64,000 nucleotides of DNA from Alphaproteobacteria bacterium (GCA_033762625.1 JANRLI010000005.1:99954-163953); one strand, 5' to 3'. Shown: positions 1-9,847, counted from the first letter of the stretch. Numbers and translations are program-made. The notes: generated by a model not told the origin, from the sequence alone.

Positions 1-231
1 GAATTCGTTTTTGCGTGTGCGTTCGATGCTTTCGGCCCAGTTCAGATTTTGATAATCAACCGTGTGGCCTGCGCTTTCAAAAATGGTTTTTAGGACTTCA
101 ATACCATATCCGGTTTTTTTATCGGCAGCAGCGCAGTTATAGGGGCACCAGATATCGGCGCGAACAGAAATGGGTTCGGCAATTGCCGGCAGCGCCAGCA
201 ACGACAAAAATACAATCAGTAGGCTACGCAT
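1..231 (-). CDS. Periplasmic solute-binding protein (family-3-like), N-terminal part; gene continues beyond the window start
   Basis: My minus-strand translation from the ATG at 231-229 gives MRSLLIVFLSLLALPAIAEPISVRADIWCPYNCAAADKKTGYGIEVLKTIFESAGHTVDYQNLNWAESIERTRKNEF with no stop before position 1. It has a signal peptide and SBP-like N-terminal sequence. Its start overlaps the ETF-QO stop as TAATG. Confidence 0.4.
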   Translation of the reverse strand, partial: MRSLLIVFLSLLALPAIAEPISVRADIWCPYNCAAADKKTGYGIEVLKTIFESAGHTVDYQNLNWAESIERTRKNEF

Positions 232-1895
232 TACATTGCACCGTAATTAGGGCCACCACCACCTTCCGGCGTAACCCAGTTGATATTTTGCATGGGGTCT
301 TTGATATCACAGGTTTTGCAATGAATGCAATTCTGCGCATTGATTTGCAGATGGGGTTTATCATTCGCATCGGTTACAATTTCATAAACTGCCGCCGGGC
401 AATAGCGCGTTTCAGGGCTGGCATAAAGTGCGTGGTTTACATCAATTGCCAGTGCAGGATTTTTCAGTTGCAAATGCACGGGCTGGTCTTCGGCATGATT
501 GGTGCCGGTTAGGGAAACCGATGTCAGACGATCAAAACTGAGAACCCCATCGGGCTTGGGATAATTGATTTTGCTGCATCCTGCCGCTGGTTTAAGCGCA
601 GAGTGGTCAGCACGGTTGTGGAAGGTCCATGGCGCTTTACCCTTCATAATATAGGTATCAAACGCGGCATAAAGCATTCCAAAAAATAAACCGAAATGGA
701 ATGCCGGGCGGATGTTGCGCACTGCTTCCAGTTCTTTCCACAGCCAGCTTTGCTTAATGGCAGCGGTATAGCCCGACACTTCATTGCTGTCATAGCTTTT
801 GTTGAAATGCTCATAAATCGCTTTGGCGGCAACCATGCCGGATTTCATCGCGGTATGATTACCTTTGATTTTGGGCACATTCAAAAAGCCAGCTGCATCA
901 CCAACCAATAAACCGCCGGGGAAAGTCAATTTGGGAATGGATTGAAAGCCGCCCTCGTTGATTGCGCGTGCACCATACGCAATACGTTTGCCGCCTTTTA
1001 GAACTTTGGCAATTGCTGGATGGTGTTTGAAGCGCTGAAATTCTTCGTAGGGTGAAAGATATGGATTTTGATAATCGAGCCCGACAACAAAGCCGATGGA
1101 AACCAGATTTTTTCCATAATGATACATCCATGAACCGCCATAGGTTTTCATATCCATTGGCCAGCCAACCGTATGTGTAATGCTGCCCAGTGTGAAGTTT
1201 TCAGGTGCTATTTCCCATATTTCCTTGATGCCAATGCCATAGGTTTGCGGGTCAACACCATCACGCAAATTGAATTGTTCAAATAGCTGTTTGGTAAGTG
1301 ACCCGCGGCAGCCTTCGGCAAAAATGGTCTGTTTGGCGACCAGTTCCACGCCCGCGGTGAAGCTTTCGGTGCGCTCGCCTTTTTTGGAAATGCCCTGGTC
1401 ACCCGTTGCAACGCCGCGTACACATCCTGTTTCGTCAATCAGCAATTCTGCACCGGCAAAGCCCGGATAAATTTCAACGCCTAACTTTTCAGCCTGCTCA
1501 CCCATCCAGCGTGCAAGCTCGCCAAGGCTGATAATGTAATTGCCTTTGTTGTGCATGGTGGGTGGATTGGGCAATGGAATGGCGATATTTTTGGTAAGGA
1601 ATAAAAATGAATCTTTTTTTGCCTTGGTGGTTAGTGGCGCGCCAAGTTCAGACCAGTTTGGAAACAGCTCTTCAAAGGCGCGTGGTTCAAGCACCGCGCC
1701 AGATAATAAATGCGCGCCGATTTCTGCGCCCTTTTCGATGATGCAAACGGAGAGTTCCTTGTTGTCTTTTGCGGCCAATTGTTTGAGATGAATGGCAGCC
1801 GAAAGCCCTGCCGGACCAGCGCCAACAATTAACACATCATACTCCATGGTCTCGCGGTCAGTCCTGCCGTTGGGGCGCTGCCAATTACCTGTCAT
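231..1895 (-). CDS. Electron-transfer flavoprotein:ubiquinone oxidoreductase (ETF-QO)
   Basis: 554 aa. N-terminal FAD Rossmann motif MEYDVLIVGAGPAGLSAA. C-terminal 4Fe-4S ferredoxin-like cysteines CIHCKTCDIKDP. Length and layout are typical of ETF-QO. Confidence 0.9.
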   Translation of the reverse strand: MTGNWQRPNGRTDRETMEYDVLIVGAGPAGLSAAIHLKQLAAKDNKELSVCIIEKGAEIGAHLLSGAVLEPRAFEELFPNWSELGAPLTTKAKKDSFLFLTKNIAIPLPNPPTMHNKGNYIISLGELARWMGEQAEKLGVEIYPGFAGAELLIDETGCVRGVATGDQGISKKGERTESFTAGVELVAKQTIFAEGCRGSLTKQLFEQFNLRDGVDPQTYGIGIKEIWEIAPENFTLGSITHTVGWPMDMKTYGGSWMYHYGKNLVSIGFVVGLDYQNPYLSPYEEFQRFKHHPAIAKVLKGGKRIAYGARAINEGGFQSIPKLTFPGGLLVGDAAGFLNVPKIKGNHTAMKSGMVAAKAIYEHFNKSYDSNEVSGYTAAIKQSWLWKELEAVRNIRPAFHFGLFFGMLYAAFDTYIMKGKAPWTFHNRADHSALKPAAGCSKINYPKPDGVLSFDRLTSVSLTGTNHAEDQPVHLQLKNPALAIDVNHALYASPETRYCPAAVYEIVTDANDKPHLQINAQNCIHCKTCDIKDPMQNINWVTPEGGGGPNYGAM

Positions 1896-1981
1896 ATCAT
1901 CCTACCAAGGGGGTTAATAAAGATGGGAGATAGCCTGTTTTTTCTATAGGGTTTTCCGGCAGGTAATTTAAACTAGAAACC

Positions 1982-2866
1982 ATGACGGATTCGTTAAACC
2001 CAGAACTAAGCCCATATTCTGCGCTTTCATGGCAATTGGCTATGGGCGTGGATGAAGCGATAGCGGAACAACCCATAGACCGTACGCTGCCAAGCGCGGC
2101 TATATCCGTTATGCCTGCGCAATCTTCAGGAACGGGAATTTCAGAGGGGATTTCAGAAAAGGGTTTTTCAGAAAATTTGGCATGGCAATATGTTGAAGTG
2201 GAGCGCATTGCTTCCTATAAGCCGCCTGTTCACAAGCCCGTTTCCCTCGTTCCGAGTTTTGTTCCAGGCCAAGTACATGCAACGACATTGGACGAGTTGC
2301 GCGCGGAATTGCAGGCGTTTGAAGGATGCGCACTTAAAAAAACATCAAAGAATTTGGTGTTTGCCGATGGCAACCCCCAAGCACGTATCATGATGGTTGG
2401 TGAGGCGCCCGGCGAAGACGAGGACAGGCAGGGATTGCCATTTGTCGGTGTATCCGGAAAATTGCTGGATAAGATGATCGGCTGCATCGGTCTGGACCGC
2501 ACGAATGTGTATATCAGTAATATTGTGCCATGGCGCCCGCCCGGAAACCGCAACCCAACCGATAGCGAAGTGGCGGTATGTTTGCCATTTACCGAAAAGC
2601 ATATCGCGATTGTGAAACCCAAATTTTTAATTCTGCTTGGCGGCGTTGCGGTGAAAAGTCTTTTAAAAAGCAAAGACGGCATTACCAAAATGCGCGGCAA
2701 GCAATTCACCTATACCTATACCGACGTCGTGACCAATGAAGCGGTCACCATCCCCTGTTTTCCGATGTTTCATCCTGCTTATTTATTACGTCAGGCGTCA
2801 CAAAAACGCCTTGCTTGGAACGATTTATTGCTGCTTAAAAAGGCAATTGACGCCAGTGCAAATTAA
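1982..2866 (+). CDS. Uracil-DNA glycosylase, family 4 type, with a ~100 aa N-terminal extension
   Basis: Family-4 UDG motif [17 protein letters not shown] and the downstream HPAYLLR-type motif. The true start may lie further downstream. Confidence 0.75.
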   Translation: MTDSLNPELSPYSALSWQLAMGVDEAIAEQPIDRTLPSAAISVMPAQSSGTGISEGISEKGFSENLAWQYVEVERIASYKPPVHKPVSLVPSFVPGQVHATTLDELRAELQAFEGCALKKTSKNLVFADGNPQARIMMVGEAPGEDEDRQGLPFVGVSGKLLDKMIGCIGLDRTNVYISNIVPWRPPGNRNPTDSEVAVCLPFTEKHIAIVKPKFLILLGGVAVKSLLKSKDGITKMRGKQFTYTYTDVVTNEAVTIPCFPMFHPAYLLRQASQKRLAWNDLLLLKKAIDASAN

Positions 2867-2983
2867 CCTTTTGCCGGATAAGATATTGATATTGCACAGG
2901 TAGAAATTTGATAGTTTTTTCGTGCATTTATTATTGTGATTTTACTTGCGCCGCATGAATCCGTTGTTTAAGACGCAGGCATT

Positions 2984-4831
2984 ATGTTGCTTCAACAATC
3001 GAAGCGGCAAGCGCGGGGAACACCGATATTCCGGCGCTTCATACTCGCAATATTAGTTACCCCAATTTTATTGGGCACAGTGCTAAGTCCGGGTATCGCC
3101 GCAGAACCAACAATTTCATTACGCGATTTTAATCTTGGCACGTTTGGTCAAGAAACACTCTCGCACATCCGCACGCTTACGCAGAATTTTCTGGGTAAAC
3201 CCGAACCCGTAGCGGTAACCCATGCTGCTGTCGCGCCGGTCGTAACTGTGCCTACCCGTACATCGACCAAAACACGTAATCTGGTGCGCGGCATGAAACA
3301 GCAGGAAGCGGTTGAAGCCAGCGCGCCGATTCCAGAAATCGCCAAATTGTTGAGCGCAAGGGATGAAAAGAATTACCGTAAATTATTTGCAGCGTTAAAA
3401 GATGGTCGCCTTGATGATGCGCAGGCGATTGTACACGACATAAAAGACGGTGAATTGATTGGCGTTGCACAAGCATTATTCCTGCTGCATCCGCGTAATC
3501 CCAATTTGAAATATGGTGAATTGGCCGAATGGCTGCATCGCTACAACGATTATCCGCAGGCGCAGGATATTTATAAGAAGGCGCTTTCGATGCGCACCGT
3601 CGGTGATACCAAGCTGACGCAGCCGCTACCAGCCAAGATGATTGTCCCGCCAACGGTTGGCAGGCCGATGATGGCGGAAACCCTGGACTGGAAAAAACCG
3701 CGCGGCTTCGCCGTTGAGAACTTATGGCGCACGGGACAGTTTGAAGAGGTTTTGAAAAAGCTTGCTGATCTTGATCTCGCCACAGACGAACCGTTTGAAG
3801 CGTATTATCCCGCATGGGTAAAAGGTCTGTCGGCGTTTGCTGTGCAGGATTATGCCGAAGCATCACGTAATTTCGTAAGTATCGCGAAAGCAGAAAACGT
3901 ACCCGATGTGAACCGAAACGCGGCCGCATTCTGGGCGGCGCGTTCGTTTGAAAAAAGCCTGCAAACCGACTTAGCGGCCTATTATTACGAACAAGCCGCA
4001 TCTGATCCACATAGCTATTACGGCATGCTGGCATCGGCGCGTAAGGCGAGCGATGATAAGGCATTATTGGATGTATGGCGCGAGCCAACACTGACCAAGC
4101 AGCATGTTGCAAAACTAAGCCAAACACGTGCAGGCGCGCGCGGCCTGGCCTTATTGCAAATTGGCGAAAAAGAATTGGCATTACGTGAGCTGCAAAGCCT
4201 TACTTATTCTAAAGAGGGAGATAAACCAGAATTGCAAGATGCGCTGGAAGCATTAAGCGAAGCCGCGGTGTTGCCGAATTTGTCGATGCGCCCGCGTAAG
4301 TTTGCGCGCGGATCTTATCCCGCCTTGCCATGGCAGCCTGCGGGTGGTTTGACATCGGACCCTGCATTGGTGATGGCGATTGCCTGGAATGAATCCCGTT
4401 TCGAGCCAACCGCACGCAGCCCAAGCGGTGCACGCGGTGTTATGCAAATTATGCCGGATACGGCAGAGCGTATCAGTATGGGCAGCAGTGGTAGCTTGTA
4501 TAATCCAACCGCAAATATCGCCATTGGGGATCGGTATATTCAGCATTTGTCCGGCATGTCCGGTATTGATGGAAATCTGTTGCTGATTATTGCGGGCTAT
4601 AATTGCGGCCCGGGCAAAGTGCAGCAATTGTATAATGATGAACGCCACGGGAAAGATCCGTTGCTGTTTATTGAAAGCATGCCGCTGAAAGAAACCCGCG
4701 ATTATGTGCAAAAAGTATTGGCAACCTATGCGTCATACCGTGTTCGTTTTGGAAAGCCACTCGGCGCCATTGCATCGCTTAGCCGCGGCGAATGGCCGAC
4801 ATATGAAATTGTGCGCACGGCCAGCAAATAA
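2984..4831 (+). CDS. Soluble lytic murein transglycosylase (Slt family)
   Basis: 615 aa. Signal peptide, a superhelical N-domain and a C-terminal SLT catalytic motif AIAWNESRFEPTARSPSGARGVMQIMP. Confidence 0.8.
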   Translation: MLLQQSKRQARGTPIFRRFILAILVTPILLGTVLSPGIAAEPTISLRDFNLGTFGQETLSHIRTLTQNFLGKPEPVAVTHAAVAPVVTVPTRTSTKTRNLVRGMKQQEAVEASAPIPEIAKLLSARDEKNYRKLFAALKDGRLDDAQAIVHDIKDGELIGVAQALFLLHPRNPNLKYGELAEWLHRYNDYPQAQDIYKKALSMRTVGDTKLTQPLPAKMIVPPTVGRPMMAETLDWKKPRGFAVENLWRTGQFEEVLKKLADLDLATDEPFEAYYPAWVKGLSAFAVQDYAEASRNFVSIAKAENVPDVNRNAAAFWAARSFEKSLQTDLAAYYYEQAASDPHSYYGMLASARKASDDKALLDVWREPTLTKQHVAKLSQTRAGARGLALLQIGEKELALRELQSLTYSKEGDKPELQDALEALSEAAVLPNLSMRPRKFARGSYPALPWQPAGGLTSDPALVMAIAWNESRFEPTARSPSGARGVMQIMPDTAERISMGSSGSLYNPTANIAIGDRYIQHLSGMSGIDGNLLLIIAGYNCGPGKVQQLYNDERHGKDPLLFIESMPLKETRDYVQKVLATYASYRVRFGKPLGAIASLSRGEWPTYEIVRTASK

Positions 4832-4846
4832 TAAGCGGACGACGAG

Positions 4847-6457
4847 TTAGTATTGCAAATACTTCTTCATTAAATTCAAAAACTTTAACTGGTTTTCTTT
4901 GGCTTTTTCTGTATCGCCTTGCCGTTGATAGAGTTGGCCCATGACTTTATAAGCCTGAAAGAAGTCCGGATTAATTTCTACTGCGCGCTGTAAATGATGC
5001 ATGGCTTGCGGCGCATTAGTGGGCGATATCTTCAGCAGCACTTGCGCGAGATTATAGCGTGTTTGCGCATAGTTATCTTCAATTTCAATTGCGCGGGTGT
5101 AATGCGTGATTGCCGAAGCAGTATCACCTGCATCATCATAAGCCATGGCGATATTGTTATGAACGCGGGCTTTTTCCCCGCCGTTTTTTAGAATGTTCGA
5201 ATAAAACGAAATTGGTGTCGCCCATACCGCGTTTTGCTGATAGGTCAAAATGCCCAACGTGCCAGCGATGATGATGACGACACATAACCCAAGCGTTTGC
5301 GCTGTGTCGGATTTAAGCTGGTTTATCGAATGCACCCCATGTTCGCATAGCGCAAGAAACAGCCCGATGCTTGGCAGATACATCCAATGTTCCAGAAAAA
5401 ATGCGTTTACCGGAATCAATAATCCGGTGTGGAGCAGATGCGCAAAACCAAACCACAAAAGGCCCCATGTGATGCAAACCCATGCCGCGCTGGTCTTCTT
5501 GCGAATGAAGGAATAAAGCACGATAGACGTGCATAATATGAATATTGCAATTCCGATAATAACCTTGATGGATGATGCATCTGCATAAACAGGGAATGCG
5601 CGATCAAAATGCAAATTGGCAGGATAGAAAATAAGCGCAAGATAATCGGGCAGGGTTGCAGCAAAGGTGAAAAACCGGACAAAAAAATGTTCGGTATAGA
5701 TATTTTGTACCTTATAAAAATCGAGACCATTTAGTTTCAAAATCGTCATACGCAGAATAACGTAACCGAGCGCAATGACCCATAACGGCCATGTCTTTAG
5801 ATAAGGGGCGATGGTATGGCGATGTACATCGTTGCGGTAAATACACGCCAACACGAGCAATGGAAAAGCCAGCGCTGTTTCTTTTGATAGCAGCGCAAGG
5901 ATAAATGCGCAGCAGGCAAGCAGCATCGTGCGCCCCGTGATGCCTTGCGTAATAATGGCAAGTCCGCACAGGCAAAAGAAGCTATACAACGTGTCGGCAG
6001 TCGCGCTCATATAGGTGACCGCTTCGGTATGCATGGGATGCAATGCCCATAGCGCGGCGGCGATAAATACGGGCAGGCGCGCCATGCCAAGGCGTAAGCC
6101 CAACACCACCACAAGGCAGGTGTTAAATAGATGCAGAATTAAATTCGGGATATGAAATGCGGGTGCGGATAGCCCCGCCAATTGATGGGTGATGAGATAA
6201 ATCACCGTTTGCAAGGGACGGTAGAATGAATCAATCCCCGCCGCGCCGGATGTGGAGGATGATGTGAATATAAATGGCAAAAACCCGAAGCTGGTCAGGT
6301 AGCGGTTTTTCTGGATAAGAAATTCATCATCGAGCAGGAACGCGTTGTGGAAGATATTGCTATAGGCGGCTAGCACACAGAGCAGCAGCGCGCCAACGCC
6401 TATCGTAATAATGTGCTGCTGGGGGAAAGGCTTTTGCATGCCCCCACTAAGCGGCAC
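4847..6457 (-). CDS. Polytopic membrane glycosyltransferase of GT-C fold (PMT/TMTC-like, DUF1736-type) fused to C-terminal TPR repeats
   Basis: The N-terminal half is multi-TM and carries the characteristic loop motifs LLDDEFLI, YRPLQ, HIPNLILHLFN and HPMHTEAVTY. The C-terminal ~140 aa form TPR repeats (AMAYDDAGDTASAITHYTRAIEI..., AYKVMGQLYQRQGDTEKA). Confidence 0.6.
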   Translation of the reverse strand: MPLSGGMQKPFPQQHIITIGVGALLLCVLAAYSNIFHNAFLLDDEFLIQKNRYLTSFGFLPFIFTSSSTSGAAGIDSFYRPLQTVIYLITHQLAGLSAPAFHIPNLILHLFNTCLVVVLGLRLGMARLPVFIAAALWALHPMHTEAVTYMSATADTLYSFFCLCGLAIITQGITGRTMLLACCAFILALLSKETALAFPLLVLACIYRNDVHRHTIAPYLKTWPLWVIALGYVILRMTILKLNGLDFYKVQNIYTEHFFVRFFTFAATLPDYLALIFYPANLHFDRAFPVYADASSIKVIIGIAIFILCTSIVLYSFIRKKTSAAWVCITWGLLWFGFAHLLHTGLLIPVNAFFLEHWMYLPSIGLFLALCEHGVHSINQLKSDTAQTLGLCVVIIIAGTLGILTYQQNAVWATPISFYSNILKNGGEKARVHNNIAMAYDDAGDTASAITHYTRAIEIEDNYAQTRYNLAQVLLKISPTNAPQAMHHLQRAVEINPDFFQAYKVMGQLYQRQGDTEKAKENQLKFLNLMKKYLQY

Positions 6458-6490
6458 AAATCATTAAAAAAGCCTATATGCATAAAAAAA

Positions 6491-6522
6491 CGCCCCGATT
6501 TTCATAATTAAAAACCGGGGCG
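6491..6522 (-). terminator. Rho-independent terminator downstream of the 6550-7035 gene
   Basis: Hairpin cgccccg(a)tttt...aaaaccggggcg with a 7-bp GC stem. On the minus strand it is followed by a U-run (plus-strand A7 at 6484-6490). Confidence 0.55.
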
Positions 6523-6549
6523 CGGGATAGATAACGCATGTTCAGCGGA

Positions 6550-7035
6550 TTAATCGCTGCTTACGACTTTCCATGAACCATCGGGTTGACGGCAAGCCGT
6601 GCCATAGCTTTGTTCGACATGACCACCCACACGAACATCGCGTTGGTATTCGCGGCAGTAGGGATCATTGGAAATCACGCGGCCCTTTTTTGCGACGACA
6701 GGTGCTTCCTCGTAGTAAACAGGTTCTGGCGGATTAACATACACAACGCGTGTAGATGAGTAGTATGGCGCTGGGTAGTAGTCCGGTTCATAAAAGCGTG
6801 GGCCAACCCAAGGATTGAAATAGGAGCGTTCATAATAGCCACGGTGCCAACCCCCATGATTCCAGCCTTTGTTCCAACCATGATGACCGCCGCGATACCC
6901 CCCGTGATGACCGCGATAATAACCATCACCATCGCCAACCGTGAAACCGAAGCTTACGCTATCAGCAAGCGCAGGAAGTGCGCCGAGGCTGAGAACAGTA
7001 GCGGTAACAAGGGTGAGAATTTTCTTCTTTAACAT
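6550..7035 (-). CDS. Secreted His/Gly/Tyr-rich protein with a 17-kDa-surface-antigen-like two-Cys C-terminal domain
   Basis: Signal peptide MLKKKILTLVTATVLSLGALPALA. Repeat region GHHGGYRGGHHGWNKGWNHGGWHRGYY. C-terminal CREYQRDVRVGGHVEQSYGTACRQPDGSWKVV. Confidence 0.5.
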   Translation of the reverse strand: MLKKKILTLVTATVLSLGALPALADSVSFGFTVGDGDGYYRGHHGGYRGGHHGWNKGWNHGGWHRGYYERSYFNPWVGPRFYEPDYYPAPYYSSTRVVYVNPPEPVYYEEAPVVAKKGRVISNDPYCREYQRDVRVGGHVEQSYGTACRQPDGSWKVVSSD

Positions 7036-7168
7036 TCAAGACCTCCGTAAAGGGACCTTTGGTAAGGAATGGTTTTAGTTGACTGTATGTCTGCGGCGGA
7101 ATAATGGCGAAGAAATTCCCCAATTAAGATAATGTATTAAGATGGCTTATGGATTCGTTCTAAGGCAT

Positions 7169-7203
7169 AAAAAAACGGCGGCGAAGGTTGCCCCACGCCG
7201 CCG
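7169..7203 (-). terminator. Rho-independent terminator downstream of the ydbL-like gene
   Basis: Hairpin cggcggcg-N12-cgccgccg. On the minus strand it is followed by a U-run (plus-strand A7 at 7169-7175). Confidence 0.6.
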
Positions 7204-7223
7204 TATATAATGTGTTGACCTAA

Positions 7224-7541
7224 TTACTTGGTCTTCCAGCTACCGTCAGCAGCCTGATACTTCGCGCCCTTTTCAAGGCCGGCAATGATGGTGCTTGCAA
7301 ATACAGAGCCAACAACGGCAACGCTTTGCCCTTTCTTGGCGGCAACAGCGGCGTATTCAGCTTGGCGTTTGGCATTCACCTGGTCAGCCAAAGCTTGCAC
7401 CGATGGGTCGAGTGCGACCACAAATCCATCAGCCTTTTCACCGATTTGGCCAGCGGCACGGGCGCTGTGCAAATCAGCAAATGCCGGAAGCGCGATGAGG
7501 GAAAAGATAAAAGCAGCGGCGGTAAGGAAACGGTTGTTCAT
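7224..7541 (-). CDS. ydbL: YdbL-like periplasmic protein (DUF1318)
   Basis: Signal peptide. Family motif AAGQIGEKADGFVVALD. Sits in ydbH-ynbE-ydbL order. Confidence 0.6.
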   Translation of the reverse strand: MNNRFLTAAAFIFSLIALPAFADLHSARAAGQIGEKADGFVVALDPSVQALADQVNAKRQAEYAAVAAKKGQSVAVVGSVFASTIIAGLEKGAKYQAADGSWKTK

Positions 7542-7573
7542 ATGATGAGCTCCTTAGTTAAGCGAATGGATGA

Positions 7574-7774
7574 TTAGAAAATATCTTTGTTCTTGGCGAT
7601 AACCTTGCGGGCATCTTGCTGGATTTCAACTTTTACATGCTGTTCGATGTTGACGTTGAGATTGATTTCAATCGGCTTATCGGGCGCTTGCACGGCAACG
7701 GTTGGCGTGCATGCGGCGATGCCGAGTACAACGAGGAGTGCTGGAAGCGCAAGGGCGAGAGATTTATTTTGCAT
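7574..7774 (-). CDS. ynbE: YnbE-like small lipoprotein
   Basis: 66 aa. Lipobox LGIAAC followed by TPTVAVQAPDKPIEINLNVNIEQHVKVEI, matching the YnbE family. Its 11-nt overlap with the upstream gene suggests translational coupling. Confidence 0.7.
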   Translation of the reverse strand: MQNKSLALALPALLVVLGIAACTPTVAVQAPDKPIEINLNVNIEQHVKVEIQQDARKVIAKNKDIF

Positions 7775-9191
7775 GTAGTTCCTGCTTTAAGAACGTGTGG
7801 GGGTCGATAAGGGATAGAATGCTTTGCTGAACGAAGTTTAACAGGTCACCCGTTAAATGCACGTTCAATTTTACAGGACGGCCTTCAACAACATCGGGAT
7901 TGCTTCCTTCAACTGCCATGATCACGGATAATTTATTATCTTTGTCGCTATCCATGCTGATGGATAGAAGCTGATAATGCAAATTCTTCATCACGTCACG
8001 CACAAGGGTGATTTGTTCGTTGTCGCCCGGAATGGTTTCGGGGTTTAGTGAAATAACGCCGGGTTTTTCGTTTGCAAGTTTGCCCTGACCAATTGAAATT
8101 TTACCATCATGTGCGATGGACACAGGAATGCTGCCCGATACATCACCGGTAGCGTTGGTTTCCTTGCCTGTCAGCATCATCATCAACGCATTGACAGGTA
8201 CATGTTCGACATTCAAGGTCACGTGGATATCTGCTTTGCCATTTAAAGGAATGATTGCGTTTTTAACCGATAACACGCCTTTATTCCATGGCATCGCGGC
8301 AGAGATAAGGTGAAATTGTGCCTTTTCTGGAGCGCCAAGCGGGTAACTGAGCTGGAAGGATGAGCGCGTTGTCTTGTCGGCGCTGTCCAAGCGGCCATCC
8401 AGCGTGATGGTGTTGGCGCTCGCTTCAATATTTCCTGAACCGGTAAGTGTTGGAAAAAGATTATCTTGTCCGCGTGTTACAATATTATCGGCTTGCCATG
8501 CACCTTTCCATTTATTGTCGGATGTATCCAATTCCGCTTTCATGTGAATCTGGTCGGCGTTCAAGGTGATGCCCGATGCCTTGAGTTGCGCGTTTTTAGA
8601 AATCACATCAATCATCGCTTCCGGAAATTTCTGGAACATGATGACAAGCGGTGCTTCGGCATTATATGCAGGGGTGGTGACATGCACCGTGCTGTTTTGC
8701 AGTTCGGCTGCGTCAAGGCCGAAGGCGTAAATCTCATCCTTTGTCACCGGAATAACGAGGGGCGCGGGTTTATCGGTTGCGTTTACGCTATGCAGCGCAG
8801 CGCCGTTAAGCAGCCAATTATCAGGGGTTTGCTGCAATTGCATATTCAACCCGCTAAAGGCCAGGTGGTTGACGCGCCCCGCCAGTAAATCACGCGGCGA
8901 GAAGGTGATGGTCATTTTATCAAACAGCGGAGAGGCATCTTTGGATAGACGCAGATTTTCCAGCTGCGCGCTTTGCAGCCCGATATGGGTGATGTCCAGC
9001 GTGGATCCTTCAAAGCCGTTTTGTGCGAGCAGCTCGATAATTTTTTGCTGCGCGATGATTTTCCATGGCACAAAAAGTGCTGCCGCCGCGACCAGCATGA
9101 TGAGCACGGCGGTTGTGAATTTAAGCGGATGTTTTTTGATATGTTTGACTGGCATGAACGTCTTTTGAAAATCTTTGCTGTAATGCAGCAT
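7764..9191 (-). CDS. ydbH: YdbH-like (AsmA-like family) envelope protein, short form
   Basis: 475 aa. N-terminal TM anchor, then a long periplasmic beta-rich region. Placed directly upstream of ynbE-ydbL as in the enterobacterial ydbH-ynbE-ydbL operon. A later start (M13, 9155) is possible. Confidence 0.45.
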   Translation of the reverse strand: MLHYSKDFQKTFMPVKHIKKHPLKFTTAVLIMLVAAAALFVPWKIIAQQKIIELLAQNGFEGSTLDITHIGLQSAQLENLRLSKDASPLFDKMTITFSPRDLLAGRVNHLAFSGLNMQLQQTPDNWLLNGAALHSVNATDKPAPLVIPVTKDEIYAFGLDAAELQNSTVHVTTPAYNAEAPLVIMFQKFPEAMIDVISKNAQLKASGITLNADQIHMKAELDTSDNKWKGAWQADNIVTRGQDNLFPTLTGSGNIEASANTITLDGRLDSADKTTRSSFQLSYPLGAPEKAQFHLISAAMPWNKGVLSVKNAIIPLNGKADIHVTLNVEHVPVNALMMMLTGKETNATGDVSGSIPVSIAHDGKISIGQGKLANEKPGVISLNPETIPGDNEQITLVRDVMKNLHYQLLSISMDSDKDNKLSVIMAVEGSNPDVVEGRPVKLNVHLTGDLLNFVQQSILSLIDPHTFLKQELHAK

Positions 9192-9442
9192 AAGCGAGAA
9201 ATCGGCAAAGGCAAAATGTTATGATGGATGAATGGGTTACCGTAACTGTGTCTTTATCATGTTTTTATGCACTGCAATAACGGCGGTTTTATGCTGCGCT
9301 GCTTCAACGCAGATGCGAGATAACCCTTGTAAAATATGCATAAATTGAAGGTTTGCACCTTCGGTCCTAAGCCGAATTTAATCATGTTTTGTTACGCTTT
9401 GGTTCGCAGCAAATGCGCTGTGTTTCTTATGGAGGAGTACAA

Positions 9443-9847
9443 ATGAGTAAGGTCAATGGTCTTACGGTGCTTATGACTATAGTGGTGCAGCTTATCATTG
9501 GTTACTTGTGGTACGGTTCTTATCTGTTCGGTGATATCATCAAAACAGGCGGCGGACATGCCATCGATTTCTTACAAACCGATGTCACATCCCTATTGTT
9601 ATTGGTATTGAGCAGCTTTGGTCTTACCCACATCCTTGAAGGCGTGGTAAAGCACAATGATGTAAAAGATATCAATGACGGGATTAAAACCGGTCTGACC
9701 TTTGGTATCTTTGGTCTGGGCTTGCCCTTGTTGATGCTCTTGAACCTTATGGGTGTTGCTAAAGTTGCAATGCTTGTAATCTTCATGCACCTTGTGCTGG
9801 TAAGCATTCTTACCACCTTGGTTATCATTAAAACCAAGAAGGATTAA
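9443..9847 (+). CDS. Small integral membrane protein (DUF1761-like)
   Basis: Start chosen at the ATG 5 nt after a GGAGGAG Shine-Dalgarno sequence at 9431-9437. Four predicted TM segments. N-terminal ...LIIGYLWYGSYLFGDII resembles DUF1761. Confidence 0.5.
   Translation: MSKVNGLTVLMTIVVQLIIGYLWYGSYLFGDIIKTGGGHAIDFLQTDVTSLLLLVLSSFGLTHILEGVVKHNDVKDINDGIKTGLTFGIFGLGLPLLMLLNLMGVAKVAMLVIFMHLVLVSILTTLVIIKTKKD

Noticed and set aside
15-512. 165-aa ORF on the + strand
   Set aside because: It lies entirely antisense to the well-supported ETF-QO gene and its 5' end overlaps the solute-binding gene. It has no motif, so I take it as a shadow ORF.
3252-4181. 309-aa ORF on the - strand
   Set aside because: It is antisense inside the lytic transglycosylase gene. 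Its Arg/Pro/Ser-rich composition is typical of shadow ORFs in GC-moderate DNA.
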